A stretch of 64,000 bases of DNA, from the NCBI GenBank assembly GCA_964035545.1, contig OZ037771.1, positions 13,701,133 to 13,765,132 of the forward strand, given 5' to 3'. Made by a program: the position numbers and the translations under genes. The notes beneath the pieces are model-generated. The model had not been told where the DNA came from and did not search any database. It saw only the letters and a program-made list of their open reading frames with translations. This document shows positions 1 to 18,762 of the stretch, piece after piece. Numbering within the stretch: the first letter of the stretch is position 1; the number at the start of each line of letters is the position of its first letter. The DNA is from Bugula neritina (Eukaryota > Animalia > Bryozoa).

Positions 1-821
1 AAATTGAGTGCCACAGCTTGAGGGTTATAAAGTCAGTCTTAGTCAATGTAATGGGGATGCTGATACTGACATTTGGCTTCGAGCTCATACTTAAATTGCT
101 AACAACTATACCTAAGGATAACAGGAGTATTAAAATGTTAATTTATAAGGATTATAACCTTAGAGTGGAGATATTATTCTCAATTTATTTAGTTTTTACT
201 TTACTAACTTTTATTTTATTCATCAACCTTACTGTCTATTTAAATAGCAAACTAAAGAATAATTATGAAGGCCTTTGAATTGAAGTACTTTTCTGTAGCT
301 GATTAGATTTCAAGTATTAAAATAACATACTAAGACAGAATACCATTATATGAGCTAAATTAATAAAGTAAAGAAGATTTCTTTGTTAATCAAAATATAG
401 GTGTCACATATGCCTATTTTTAAGATTATGTTCTTATATGTGCTGTCTTTTTAATATTTTTAAAGTGCTACATTTTGAGGGTAGCCTACATCAATATGAC
501 TGCCCTGTAATTGCTTGTCAACTATAAGAGTTAGACCTATAAACTGTCTCATTTTCAAATTATCTTTACTTTTCTAATTGATGTTAACATGACTATTCCT
601 ATTAGTATTTTGGTGTTTACCATTAGTAATGTTTGAAGTAACATCAATATCATTGTTAATTTGTCTAATTATTCAAATTTTAATATTCATCATTTGTGAA
701 CAGTAATAAAATTTTGTCTTTCTTAAATTAATGTGATGCTAGATTAGCTACTCTAGCAAGTGTGTATTGTGCAATGAGTACCAATGCCATATTTTTGCAC
801 TTCTTGTTCTATATAATTTAG

Positions 822-2887
822 ATTTAAGGTAACAATTCCTAAAGCTATCACATAATGCTGCTATCAGTTATAAAGATGTCACTGATCCAAACATTGAAAA
901 CCAGCTGAGTGCATGCAAGGTTGAAAACTCATTTTCTCTGGTTAGGTAAGTAAAAAGGTATTTGCTGTAATTTACAACTATTTTGTTTTCAACATCCTTG
1001 ATGTTCATCTCTAAAAGATAAGTAGCACATAATGGTACCTGTTTTACTTAGCAGAAGAAATTATTGTCAAAGCTCTATTACTACATTTTAAATTGTATGA
1101 CACTCTTTTGACTACATTTGATTTCATATCTCAAATAATTATATTTCTGACTCATGAAACTGTAACCACACACTTGAGAACAAAATAAATAATGATATGG
1201 AAGCTTTCTTTAACTTTGTCAATTTAGTCAACAGCCAATGACTGAAAACATGTTTTGTACACTATTGATTGCCTCTCTATTTCCGCTATAAGGCAGAAAC
1301 TTTAATCTCAAAATTTAAGACACTGGCAATTCTTCCCAATAATACGTTGTTCAAAACAAATATTTTTTGCCAAGTAATATAGTATTTAATTATATTTTTT
1401 AGTCAAAGAAATGTGTTTGGTTTCTTGTGTCATCTTGAATAGGTTGTTATCCATTATCTTTTTCTTCGTGTTATGGCTATGAGTGTATATAACCTTTGCT
1501 GACAGGTTTTTCCCCCATCACTATATGTTTCTCTGTTTACTCTCTAACAGTTTTATTTCTGTTCATTTTTTAGAGTTTACTAAAATGACATGGGTGTGCT
1601 TTGTTGTGGCTCCTAATTGAGCGCATCCGTTGAGATTATTGGAAGTTTTGTTGAAAATGAGCTGAGGCCTCTTACTCCTAAAGGCACGAATTTGAGTCAT
1701 CTTAGCTACTTGTAGCATATCAACATCGAACAGCACCATTCCACTACTCTAAGCTTAAGGTTTTGGCTGCATTAGATCAACAGGTAAGTTTAATAGTTTG
1801 TATTTCGTACACTATTTCATGATGTCTGTTCAGCATTTACTTGGTAGCACACATTTATAGATTTTGCATTCTTTTAGTTTTTTGCAGTACAACTTTTCTA
1901 CGCAACTATTACACTGTTGTTGCTGTTAATTGTAGTTTATTCTGCTTGACCATGCAATTATTGAATTATGTTGCAAAGGTGATTGAGTCCTTTTATTTAA
2001 TTTAGTACACATTGGAAATCTGCAGTTTTTAGCCATTTTTACATTTTAGCTGCTAATGAACAATGCTTTTTGCTTAAAATTAGTGAGACATCAAGAAATA
2101 CACCTAAATAATCAAGGTTCTTCTTAGTTTTGCATGATTTCTCATGTTTTTTCCTATTTATTCATTTCATTTGGATTGCCTACTGTTACAAACTAACCGT
2201 GGCGATCCGCAGTCAGAAGTTGCTGTAATTAGAAAAAAGCATAGGAAATCAAAGAAAATTAAAAAGAGCCTTGATTATTTAGGTGTATTTATTGATATTT
2301 TTTTAGTTTCGGGCCAAAACTCATGTTCATTAGCAAAAACTTGAGATCTTCAGTATGTACTAACTTAAATAAAATGAACCAATTGCAGTAAATTTCTGCA
2401 TTTTCTAATACTTCTTAAATTTACACCTAAAATAGTGCTGTCTTAAGAAAATGACACTAGCTGCTGTTTTCATGTATGTGCCCCAATTGTATATAATGCT
2501 GTTGATTTGTTTAGTGCTTTTTCTATTTGTTTGTTATATAACTTTTCTTTTATGGTTGTTGCCAGCACCTAAAGCATTATTCATTAGTGTCAATTAATTT
2601 CTACTCACAGTTTTACTGTTACATAGTTTATAAAGCCCTTGTGTCAACTTTTCTAGATATCCTGGTTAAAATTGTTCTACTTGATGAATGGCATAGGGCA
2701 TATGCAATAGCAAAACAGTTGCAGGCTGTTTTGGAAAAAAAATTGTGCATATAACCTTTATTTTATACATGTTATTTAGGCTTTGGTAGAACTGTTGGAG
2801 AGCCTTCCTCTTGAATAAAGCTACCCAACTTCCCGGATTCTACTTTATTGACATTAACCCACTACCTACAAAACGCCTTGAAATTTA
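822..2887 (+). pseudogene. Possible decayed spliced gene remnant (exon-like blocks ~822-945, 1574-1783, 2657-~2743, ~2780-2887)
   Basis: GC-richer islands bounded by pyrimidine-rich AG acceptors and AG|GTAAGT donors (946, 1784). Phases are compatible, but there are several in-frame TAA/TAG/TGA and no recognisable domain. Confidence 0.25.
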
Positions 2888-5800
2888 GCTAATAAATTAT
2901 GTATTTTGTGATTTGTTTTAAATGTACAATGTTATGTATAAATTACAATCAGTTTATATATATATATATATACATATCTTTTACTACTTAGTATTACAGT
3001 GTAAAAAGCATTTCAGGGTTAACAATTTAATTAATTGGCCCTAACAGTAATTATGTATAATACAGATTTGCAGATGCTTTAAATGAACCCAAAAAGCTGA
3101 TGTTGTTAAACAGTGTACAAAATAGTCACCTCATATCAGCCAGACATGCTTAGTCATTACCTAGCATTAAAATTATATTATGAATGCAGTCAAGTTTTGA
3201 TATGCATCCCTATTATTGATAGTTTGTGAACCAGCAATTAAATATCAAGAAGCAATATTACTAACCAATGTGCTGGTTAAAGAGTTTCAAGTTGTAGTTA
3301 TAGTATCAAACTATTATAATGGCATAAAAACTATCAGTTAAAACATCTTATTAATATTTACTACAGGAATACATATTATAGGTGTGCTAAAAATCTGGTA
3401 GAAGCATCAATTATTTTAGATGTTTTGGATTTAGTAACTCTGTACTATAATGTAAATTGTAATATACAGAACATCAGGTGCTGTCTCCACAGTGCATTGA
3501 TGGCACTAATGAATATTAATACATGCAGGCAGTGTTGGTAATGATTTATTGAAATAGGAGTTTAAAAACTGTTTAAACAACAATGAAAAGCCTGAGATTA
3601 GTCCAAGGAGAGGGGTATTTCAAGCTAGCAGATGAGCAATATAGATGCGAAAGTCTTGCCTAAAAATCATTATTGTTATATCTAGTCATTAATTTCTTGC
3701 AATAGATCTATTTCACTATTGAGAAGAACAAAATTAGCTAGTAAACACTGTAATAGAGTCAAGGCACTTTGGCAGGGCTAGTTTAAAATAAAACTGGGAT
3801 AGTCGAATAGCAGAAGTACTTTTTGATGCATAATATAATTATGTACAGCTTAAGATTTTGCAATACTGTGTTTTCAGTGCGATATTAATTTCAATAGCTA
3901 CATTAAAATAATGTACAATTCTAGCAAGTGATGCAAAATCTTCTAAGATGCTATGACTGTAGCAGTTTGCTACTAGTCTCAAGTAACAAACCAAATAGCC
4001 TTTCTTTGTGCCATCATCCAAATGCCAAACAAATAACTCATTCACTCTGTAACAACAAGGTGGTCTCCCAAGTAGATTGTTAGACATTTCAGGCATTAAT
4101 AACCAAAGGCTTTTCACTTTGGCATAATTGTATAGTTACCCAGCTAAATAAATAATGTATTCATGGTATTGTAATTCCAAGCCATGCATTTATCTGTGAA
4201 TGCAGCTAAGTATTTAATACGGCCATATATTTATGTACTATGTAGCAATGCCTAATGTAGCTGTCAAGCTTCTACTTATACTCATTTTACTGATGCTTTA
4301 CTTCTGATTACATGATTACAAACATAGCAGTTCAAACAAAATTATTTTAGATAGGAATAAATATAATGCTCCTAGCAAATGTTGTAAAACTATTTTCCAA
4401 AAACATATACTTTGCAAACAAACTTTTCACAAAGTTATAATGCATTTATCATATTACTGTTTCATTTAAAAGTTATAATGATAAAATATTATACTTAAAA
4501 CACACTCAAATTTTTAGATTCTTGTAATATTGTTAAACAATAGTTAACAGTAAGATTGGCTGTAGAGTAGAATGTTTAGCTGTTTGTACTGAAGCTAACA
4601 AGTAACTGGCATTAAAAAGAGATGTAGATAGAAAGTGACAGAATAACAACTGGCTTGTATATTGGTAGTGCAAAAAGCTGTATATAACAGTTTAAACAAA
4701 TACCCATTAGAATAAATGGTAACCCAGTACTTAAAATGTGGTATGTCATAATACATATTTGTGGTGTATTGACTAGGCTAGATCAACACATAGCACTATA
4801 TAATTGCTTTAGTATTTACAATTAGTTTGTGGTCTGGTGGGATTTGTTGATAGCCATTGTCTTTATTAACATAACAGTTTCATAAAATTAGCAGTTTTCC
4901 TTATTCACCTAGTTAATTTTTAAGATTTATGTACAATATTTACATATTAGGATATAAAAAACATCTTCAACCAGTGAATATCAAAATAATGATTAAAGAC
5001 ATATTTTACGTCATATTTTTGTGGCAATCTAAATAATAAGCTGGTCTAAATTGTACTTGTGCAAACAGAACCAGCTCATGAATATATGTTGTCTTTTTTT
5101 AACTTGACAGTTAATCTAATATGGATGTGTATTTTATACTTGCTTTTGTGTTTAAGGTGATAAAATTGCACTGGTAAGGTAAATAAACATTGCTTGTTTG
5201 GCATGCTTTTGCGTGGCGTTGCATATTAGGCTAAACTAATGGCCAGTTTTGCAGTAGCTTCACCATAACCTTCAAAAGAATGCAAATATCATCTAATTAT
5301 TGTAAGCTATTTAAGTTAATTTGTCTAGCTATAAACACATGTAAAACTATTAGGCTATTCCAATTTCACGATATACATAGCTCTATAATTCTGAAAAACT
5401 GCTAGGTAAAGTGGAAATTAAACATGATCTATTCATTGCTAAAGTATTACAGCTATGAATAATATATATGTGATTACCTGAGTGATATCACAATCTTCAC
5501 TTGCTAAGTTAGTTTAAATACAGGAAAAAAAATTAGTCTGGAGAAAAATTATATATGAGAAGCTGTTTTTGTAATAATTCTCTGCTCTAGAGTGGTTTAG
5601 AAGAATTGTTTTAAAGCAAAACTTTTGCATACATGAGTTGAATAAAATCATTAAGAGTTTTATGAAGGTCTATTTGTGTATAGGTAGCCCTATGTCACAA
5701 CTCAAGTTTTTAGATTTCATGTAATTTGTGGTGCAAAGTTGCAAATAAAAACCTTGTTTTAATAATACTTAGACATATGCAAGCAATAAAGATAATGAAA

Positions 5801-7981
5801 AAAATGCTATAGTTGCTAATTAGCTAATATTACTTGCATATGATGCAAATATTTGTATGCATGCATGTTTAGTTTATTAGCATTGGTTAGATATAATTGA
5901 ATATATAGATTTGATGTGGAAATTGAAGAAAATCAATATGTTGTGTTCTATATACAACAACAGTTTTTACATTGGTTTGTTCATTACTTCATAAATCATT
6001 TATTACTTCGTGCAATATTTGTTCCTGCAATTTTGCAGAGTGGCAAAATGCATTTCAAAGACATATATTAAGTGATTTTAATTATACTAGAATTTTCAAA
6101 CTAAGAATTTTTGGGGAGTTTTCTTCTTCCTAAGACATATGTGGCAATTGAACACATAATAAGTTGTAGGCCACAACTCCTTTATACAACCTTGAAAGAA
6201 ATTATGCAGCCATTTAAATAGAAAAGGAATTATTGAATTTATTTATTCAACATTATTAGTATTTTATAAATATTTGTTGCATTTAATTAATGAGCATAAA
6301 ATTTGTTTTACAAATACTGTAATTACCAGCATATATGGTAAAAATATATTATATATACTGGTATATATTTTGTATTGTATTAGATTTAGGCTACATTGCT
6401 AATTAAAATGAGTTAATGGCTAAGTTTAAATGTCTTCGACTTATAGATTACATTTTTATGTGCTATAAAAATTTAACTCGTTTGTTACAACATTTCTCCA
6501 TGCATAAAAGCAAAACTTACGGCAAGAAATCCTTAGCTAGAAAGATAAATAATAATTTACTTTAATTACATCAAAAGCTAATATCAGCAAGCATTCTATA
6601 AATAATGGGAATTTACCTAGTGTAATTTTTCTTAAACTAGCTAAGCTTGCTTGGTACTTTAATAAGTTTATTGGCATAGTGTATTATGTTATACTTATAT
6701 ATTTTTAAGACTTTAAGGAAAATGATGTTTTAGCTGCGTTATTCCTAATGCAAGCCTTATAAATTTACAATATATACTAAAATATTATATTTGTAATTAG
6801 AAAGAAAACAAATTACTTACATAAACTTATAATTATTGCATTCTGTTATTGTTAATGCTAGAATAACAAATTGAACACGGCATATGCTTCCCTAACCAGA
6901 TGCTTTTAAACGGATTAAAAATAATTTGTCAATTTCTAATTATGAGGAACAAACTCCTCGGTAGTTTCTACATTTGCGCATGATTTTATCAAGATAGGCT
7001 TGCTTTTGTGTCAACCTGTAGCCAGTGCAACTATACTTTATATAACGAGTAAAACAGACTCATTTCAAAGTACACAGTCTAAAGGGTAGGAATTACTACA
7101 AAGAAAAGTGCCGGTTAAAAGTTAATTATAATTGGAAATAAGGTGAAATATCAGTCAGAAATTAAAAAGTGTCAACTAAAAAGGTGTATTGTTATTTCTT
7201 TTTGGCTTAATGAAAATGTTTTTTGAGGAAGAAGTACGAGAAACATCTAGGAGGGGTTCATATCCACCACTGGCGACTACCTGTTTATTGATGAAGAACT
7301 ATCCAATGATAGTACAGTATTATGGTCTTTTGCCTTATAATTGGCTTTGATTTTTTTATGTCTAATTACGAGATACTAAACAGATGCAAAGTATGTTGTG
7401 CATAGGCAGTTTTTTTATGTCTCTAAACAACATTCTAGGAAAATATATACTGACAAATTAGCACAAGAAATGCAGCACAGCCATCAGTCTTTGATAAATT
7501 GTATTTGAAAAAACTTTAGTAAATTGGTATCAACTGAACTTGGCAGAAACAACTAGCATGTTTATAAATTTTGTGTTTAGAAAGCTACATAGTTTGGAAA
7601 GTAAATGCTTCATTCAGTTACCTACTTGAGATTATTACATAAAAGATGCATGCATTAGAGTTGTGTTCCCTTGTTACTTCATATTTCCCTTCAGGAAACT
7701 TTATTGAATATCCGTCTGTCAACACAACTTTTGCTGTACTTTCTCCAGGTGTCAGTAACGCAGTCATGTTATTATAAGGACACTTATCTCTGGTTTTTGA
7801 TTCTAAAACGGCAATTAAACCTCTTAAGTTACAGAGACAACTTTATCAATTGTACTTAATTATGCAGATGTAGACTTTATAAGTTTAGTTTTATTTACCT
7901 TTTGGCTATAGAGTGCCAAATAATTAAAATATTCATTTATTATTCTCTCTCATATGCTTCTATAAATGCTCTCACATCTTC

Positions 7982-8102
<121 letters not shown>

Positions 8103-8219
8103 ACCTATATTATGTATGTATTATATTATATGCATTTATATAAATAGCATAATCTATACTACACTATATAGTATACACCTGCATACATTTACTACATAAT
8201 ATGTATAGATTTCACTCAC

Positions 8220-10241
8220 CACTCAACTTATAGATATTCCGGTACATTCCAACATAGATTGCTCCACCCACATTCAACAAAGTCTGTGGTACAGCAGGAA
8301 GCAAGCTACTCTCTGTACACGGATCTTCTCCTTTAAAGCAGACTGGACCAACTATTCTCTTCTTCATATCCATTAGCTTGATTTTTTTATTTCCTGTGTC
8401 AGCAACTAGGTACAGATTGTCTGTCACTTCTTCAATATCATGAGGATAGTAAAATCTAGCAATGTCATACGAGCCAATCACATCACCACTACTTGTAGTT
8501 GAACGAGCCAATAAAGTGTTACTAAGTGTTCCATTGCTGAACCAGCTGACTTGTGATATGTAATGATAATGATTAGCTACTAGCAACGCGCATGTCTGCC
8601 AGCCCACAGAAATCCTGAAGGATGACTGAACCCGGTATTTATTACTGTATTCAGTTCTCCTGTCTTCATATTACCAGACCTTATAGCATTATTATGCTCA
8701 TCAGTTACTAATAGCTTTCCTGGGTTCCTAACATCTATCTGTACTCCATATGGGTAATTCAACTGTCCCACCCCTACTCCTCCTTCTTTGTAGCCTCTGG
8801 TACCACATGATCCTGCCATGACTTTGATATTATTATCTTCTCTTGTCAGTAGTTTAATACAGTTACTTTGGTCTACCAGAACGACATGAGTTGTATTGAG
8901 TTGTGTGAAACCTGGTACAAGAAACGACACAAGAGTTGAAGTTGTCTGCCCGTCCGTAGTTAGTAGACCAGAGCTAGTACCGAGGAGGAGGCTTCCATCA
9001 TTCTTATATTTATCAAGTTCCATGTGATAGGTGTTGTAAGAAGTTGTAAGGAACAGTTCTGCTTTCTTGAAGGATATGCTGCAATAAATAAGATAATAAA
9101 TGTTTATGAATATTTCAATCTATTAAATATCAATTTTATTTGAGCTGCGGCTATGATTGAATTAAGAAACTATGGGCTGTAGTAATTAGTAGTAGGCACA
9201 CAGTGGTATAATATACATAATAGCTGTAACATATAGTATACAGCTGTAACATAATAGTATACCACTTGTAAAAGTATTATAAAACATATTACATGGAGAT
9301 TATCAATTACATTACTGCATTTGATTCCTAATATTTCAATCTAATATAAACATCAGTTTTGTTTGCTGCTGCAATAAAAGTGAATTAAGTGAATTAGATA
9401 TGTGTTGATCATCAACTTTATTCTCATAATAACACACTCCTATGCATTGTAAACAAATTACTGGACTACCTCATTCATAAACATGCAAAGTTCTATTTCA
9501 TCAACTTATATAGCAATTGAAAGTAGCCAACAAAGTGTTGTTAACCAAAACAATGCATCTTCTTGACTTTGTACATTATATACTTGAGGTTCACAAAATA
9601 GTCTTAGCTGTATTTTCTAGTACTTTAAGTTCTATAAAAATGTAAGCATGTGTTTTGTGTAGTATTTATCATGATGAAACAGTATATTATTTTATAAAAA
9701 CTCTATTTTCTGTTTTTGATACTTGAACAGCGCTATAAATTATTAAACACAAAAAGCTCTAATTATGCATATAAAAACTATTTCACAATTTAATCAGTAA
9801 ATATTTTATTGAAAATTCAACGATATTTTTATATTTAATCAATTCTAAATTAATTGACACATTTAATAGCAGCTTTATAATGAATATATAATAATTAATG
9901 CTAATATAATTATATAGTGAGTAAATTAAGGCGTTGTAACCATAGCAACATTATTGATTACATATATCTTGCACATAAAACTATGTGTAAAAACAGTTCA
10001 TATGTATATATCAACATAACCAAGTAGTCTACACTTACCTTGTTTCATTATTCCTATCAGCAGTTGTCTGTCCACAGACTACCAGCAGAATCTAAGACAT
10101 ATATTATTATTATGATATTCACAATATATATATTATATATGCTTAATGCTTGAAATTTCAAAATATAAAAGAAGTAATGAATTTTGAGTGTTATAGAAAA
10201 GTATAAATTATACTTAGTGCAGCTATGTACCACCAGTACAT
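8220..10241 (-). pseudogene. Secreted NHL-repeat beta-propeller gene, copy 1 (pseudogene)
   Basis: Exon 1 10241-10221 (MYWWYIA) has its donor altered to GCACTAAGT. Exon 2 is 10091-10039. Exon 3 9078-8220 carries a 5-nt insertion (gcgca, ~8588-8592) that splits it into ORFs 8580..9023 and 8212..8607. No exons 4-6 found downstream. Confidence 0.85.
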
Positions 10242-12770
10242 CTTTTCTGTGTAACGTCCACCTGAAGTGAATGTTTTCCACAAATGAAGTCTATCTAGCA
10301 AAGTTACAAACTTTATATCAACTCACTAGCAGCATATGTTAGTTCCCATCAGAAAGATGTGTTGAACATAATAAGAGTTATCTTATTTTTATGATACATG
10401 CAAGTAATTTCTATGCTTTTATCAAGAGCCGTATCTGTTTAGAATAATATCTACTTAATAGAATTCTTGAGACTGTTAGAAAACAAACTTCAGTGTATAA
10501 CTACAGTATATAGCTTCATTATTAAGCGTGTTTATACTATTTTATTGATATTTGTCTTACTATTATTATCTACTATGTGATAATGTTTTGTAACATATTT
10601 GTAAATGTTAAACACTTCTACTTTGAACTATCTTCTCATATACACTTAGTGATCCATAAGTATTTTACACTCATATTACCAGCACTTGAAGTGACTACAT
10701 TTGTAAGGGAGACAATTATTCTAATATTATACCCCATTGTTGCTCTAATCACCATATTATTTTTATATTACATCATTCAAATATAACTTCAGTGTGCCAT
10801 TTTACTCACTTCTTCAAATACCAAACCCAGATCCCCAAGCCTCATTTCTTAACCCGAACACCCAAACTTCATACCCCCAACTTAACCTAACCAAACCCTT
10901 CAACTCTAAACTCCAAATTTCAAACTGTAGCACATTTATCTAGTTTTCCATGTGTACTATTATTATCCACACCAAATTCACTTTGCCAGTTTTACCTCTG
11001 CTAACTTTACCCGCATTGGATATGGTATTCCACATGTGCACTGAATGTAAAGATATATTAGTATATAATATGTTATTAAATATATTCCATGTTACGTATA
11101 ACAACTTCATATAGCACAAGTTGTTGAACACTATTTTCAGTGTTCAGTGATATGATATAAAACATAGTTTCACTATTGAGTGTGCTTTTGTAATATTTGA
11201 TATACTCTATTGTAGCAGTAGCTGGCAGCATGTTTACATGCACACTGTGTGTATGCGTGATTCCTAGTCCTTCGTCATAAAATATTAATAGCTCCTAAAC
11301 AAAACAATAACTTCCTACAACTGCCCAGCAAAAGCCACAATCATTGAATCAAGTGTATTGCAAAAGTCTAAGACAACAAATCTGCCAGAATATTTCTGTT
11401 CCCTCATTTGGACTTACTTGGGGCTGGTGGTGCAATTTGAGTGACCAATGGGATTTGGAACACATCATTTTTGTTTACTTGTTTTTTGTGTATTATTCTG
11501 CTGCTGTTGAAAAGCATTGGTTATCCTGATCAGTTGTTATTAGTAGAGCCAAAGAGCAAGTTATACTACTTAGAATTTTACATTAAACAAGATACATATT
11601 ACTAACTGTTGCAACCTAAGAGCACAAGCTGTATTATCAAGTTCTCAGATCAAGAAGAGCTAAAGGTTTGTCTGCTATTAATTTTTTTATCATTTATTGT
11701 CTTAATGCTGTAATATATAAATACATTTAGCTTATATTATATGAAATGGTTTATAGCCGACATTATTTTTAATGAAGTATTATGCAGTAATAATTTGCTT
11801 ACTTCAATAATTTTTATGTGTGTTATTTCCTTACAGTTCTTACTTTCTTGTACTGTATTTAGCCTTATATTGTGTGTATTTTATTTAAATTTCACGCTGT
11901 AGCTTTGTGAGCAAAAGTGTTATAAGTTGGAATAAAATACAAATAACTACACTCACAAGACATCAGTTGAATTCCTAAACCTACTCTGATAAGCTTGCGG
12001 TTGCTAGCAAACCTAACTAAACTGCTACAACTATACTATTTGATATATCTGTACAATGTGACAATGTTTCGTAACAGATTACTATCAAGTGTGTGTATAC
12101 TATTTGATGTATTTGATATACTATTTGATATATCTGCTCTGTGATAATGTTTTGTAACAGATTTGGAAATGTTAATAAACACTTTTACTTTAAACTATCT
12201 TCTTATATACACTTAGTGATTCATAAACTGTATATTACACTCAATACCAGTACTTAAAGTGACTACATTTGTAAGGGAGACAACTCTAATATATTACATC
12301 TTCCGGTTATGGCACTAGCTATATTATTTGTTCAACTTGCCATATTATATGGTGTGAGAAGTTTTATATAATGTTTGGTAAAAGCGACACAAGGAAAACT
12401 ATAGCTGCACCGCATGGTTAAAATGACATGCACAATACAAATATTAAGGGTAAATTTGCACCGGTAATAATTAATTACATAATTAAAAAATTAAATAAAA
12501 ATATCCTATTTTTAATAGTGTGATTGGGTGTTGAAGCTGTGAGTATTCAAAGAAAGGGTTTGTGGGTTTAGGGCTTGAGGGTTTGGTGAATTGAAAGCTA
12601 TAGGATTTGGGGTTTGGAGTAAGCAGTATATAGCGGTTTGGGGTTGTGGTAGAGGGTTGAATTGAAGGCTAGAAATAGTAGTTTGGGTTTTGGCAAAATA
12701 AACATCAGTGTTCTATTTAACTTACTTGTTTTATTTGTGCTATAATTGTACCTACGCCAACTATATATTA

Positions 12771-12875
<105 letters not shown>

Positions 12876-14499
12876 AGCTAGCAGCACCTTAATAATATTA
12901 TATTACCAATTCAATTAAATAGATGGGGAGGTAAAGAAGATAATATTTTGAACAAGCAGCTGTGAAAGTCCAGGTGTCTTTCTTGTACGTCTGCATTATA
13001 TTATGACAGCTATTATACCCAGCTCTGGAAAGTTACTTGTAATATATATAGTTATACTATGAATTTATAGAGAAAACTGACGGACGTAGTCTCTGATATA
13101 CATCTGCTTACTCTCTCAACACTTGAAGACTTGAAGTTAGTCTGCTTGGACAATATTTATTCTGTAGTATTTGAAAACTGCTTTAGATTTTATCTGCATG
13201 GTATTTGCCAATATTCTGGCAGCAAATTTTAATTTGTGATGCTCCTTATATTTATTTGATTATATAGATAAAAATGGCACACAATAAATGGAGCAGGCAA
13301 CAGTCAAACAGTAAATAACGGCATCGGAAAAATGGCACAAATAGAATATTAGGTAAAATGACACAATAGCTGATGTTATAGTTGCTCAAACTACAAACCC
13401 CAAACTTCAAACCCCCAACACAACTTTTTAACCCTAAGCCCCAAATTCGAATATGTGGCACATTTACCTAATTTTCCATCTGTACCATTATTATCTGCAC
13501 CATATTCATTTTGCCGATTTTGCTTATATGCTAACTTAACCCCATTTTATACTCCATATATGTACCGATCGCAAAGACGATATATACATGCAAGTGTATA
13601 CTATGTGATTATGAAACCATGTTGCAACTACATATTATGAGTATAGGGAGGCTATACAATAAAGTACTGCACGAGCACGAATTCTACACTCTCTTGTTTC
13701 TTCTAATACTAGGAGTTATGTTCTCTGCCTGATTTCATTCTATAACCCACAAAAGTACTACAATATGGAGTATAGGGAGGAGTTTGGTGCCAATTTTACC
13801 TTTATTGGTTTTACCTCTGCCATGATTGTTACCATGCAAAGACCTTTTATTTAGGTTTCCTAAGCCTTAACCCCATTGCATGTATATATGTTTTGTAAAT
13901 TGCCTTGAATGCAAAGATATTCGAGTATTATGTAATACAACCCATGTTATAACTCCATATAGCATGATTTTTCAGCATTTAGTCATGATAAAACATATAG
14001 TTTACATTAGGTGTGTTTGTATATAAATTCAATCTGATGCATGTAAGCTTATCACCAGCTGCAAGCAATTTTTTCAATAATAATATTCTTTCACTCTAAT
14101 AAATTTACCAACATATTATCTCAAATTTATCTGCACACAGCAGTCTAAACACTTGGCAGTTTGTTTTGAAAGTGTAGGAGTACAAGATACACGACAGGAC
14201 GAGAATGTTCAACTGCAAAATCAAAATTTTAATCAGAAACATTTCAACACATAAATTATTAAATTACATAGAATTAGACATTCATGATTATAGTAGATTT
14301 GGATGTAAACTATCAAGGCTTGTAAGCAATCCAGTTCCATATGTAGCTTTTAATAGCTTTTAGGTAGACGACATAATTATAAATGATTTGAATATGAGCT
14401 ATCATAAAAGTTTTAGCAATCCAGTTCCAAGCTTGTGGTAGCTTTTAGTTAGACAACAAACAACGTGAATGTGTCCTTGCTGCTGATTGGTCAACGAAT

Positions 14500-18685
<4,186 letters not shown>

Positions 18686-18725
18686 CTTTTCTGTGTAACA
18701 TCCACCTAAAGTAAATGTTTTCCAC

Positions 18726-18762
18726 AAATGAAGTCTATTTAGCAAAAGTTGCAAACTTTATA
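18726..18762 (-). promoter_or_regulatory. Putative TATA + initiator core promoter of copy 2
   Basis: Minus-strand TATAAAG (18762-18756) lies ~33 nt upstream of an Inr-like TCATTT and ~75 nt upstream of the ATG. Conserved in copies 1 (10311-10317), 3 (28117-28123) and 4 (43490-43496). Confidence 0.55.

Noticed and set aside
2900-7450. Additional genes in the left unique region
   Set aside because: AT-rich, with no long ORF or convincing exon chain seen.
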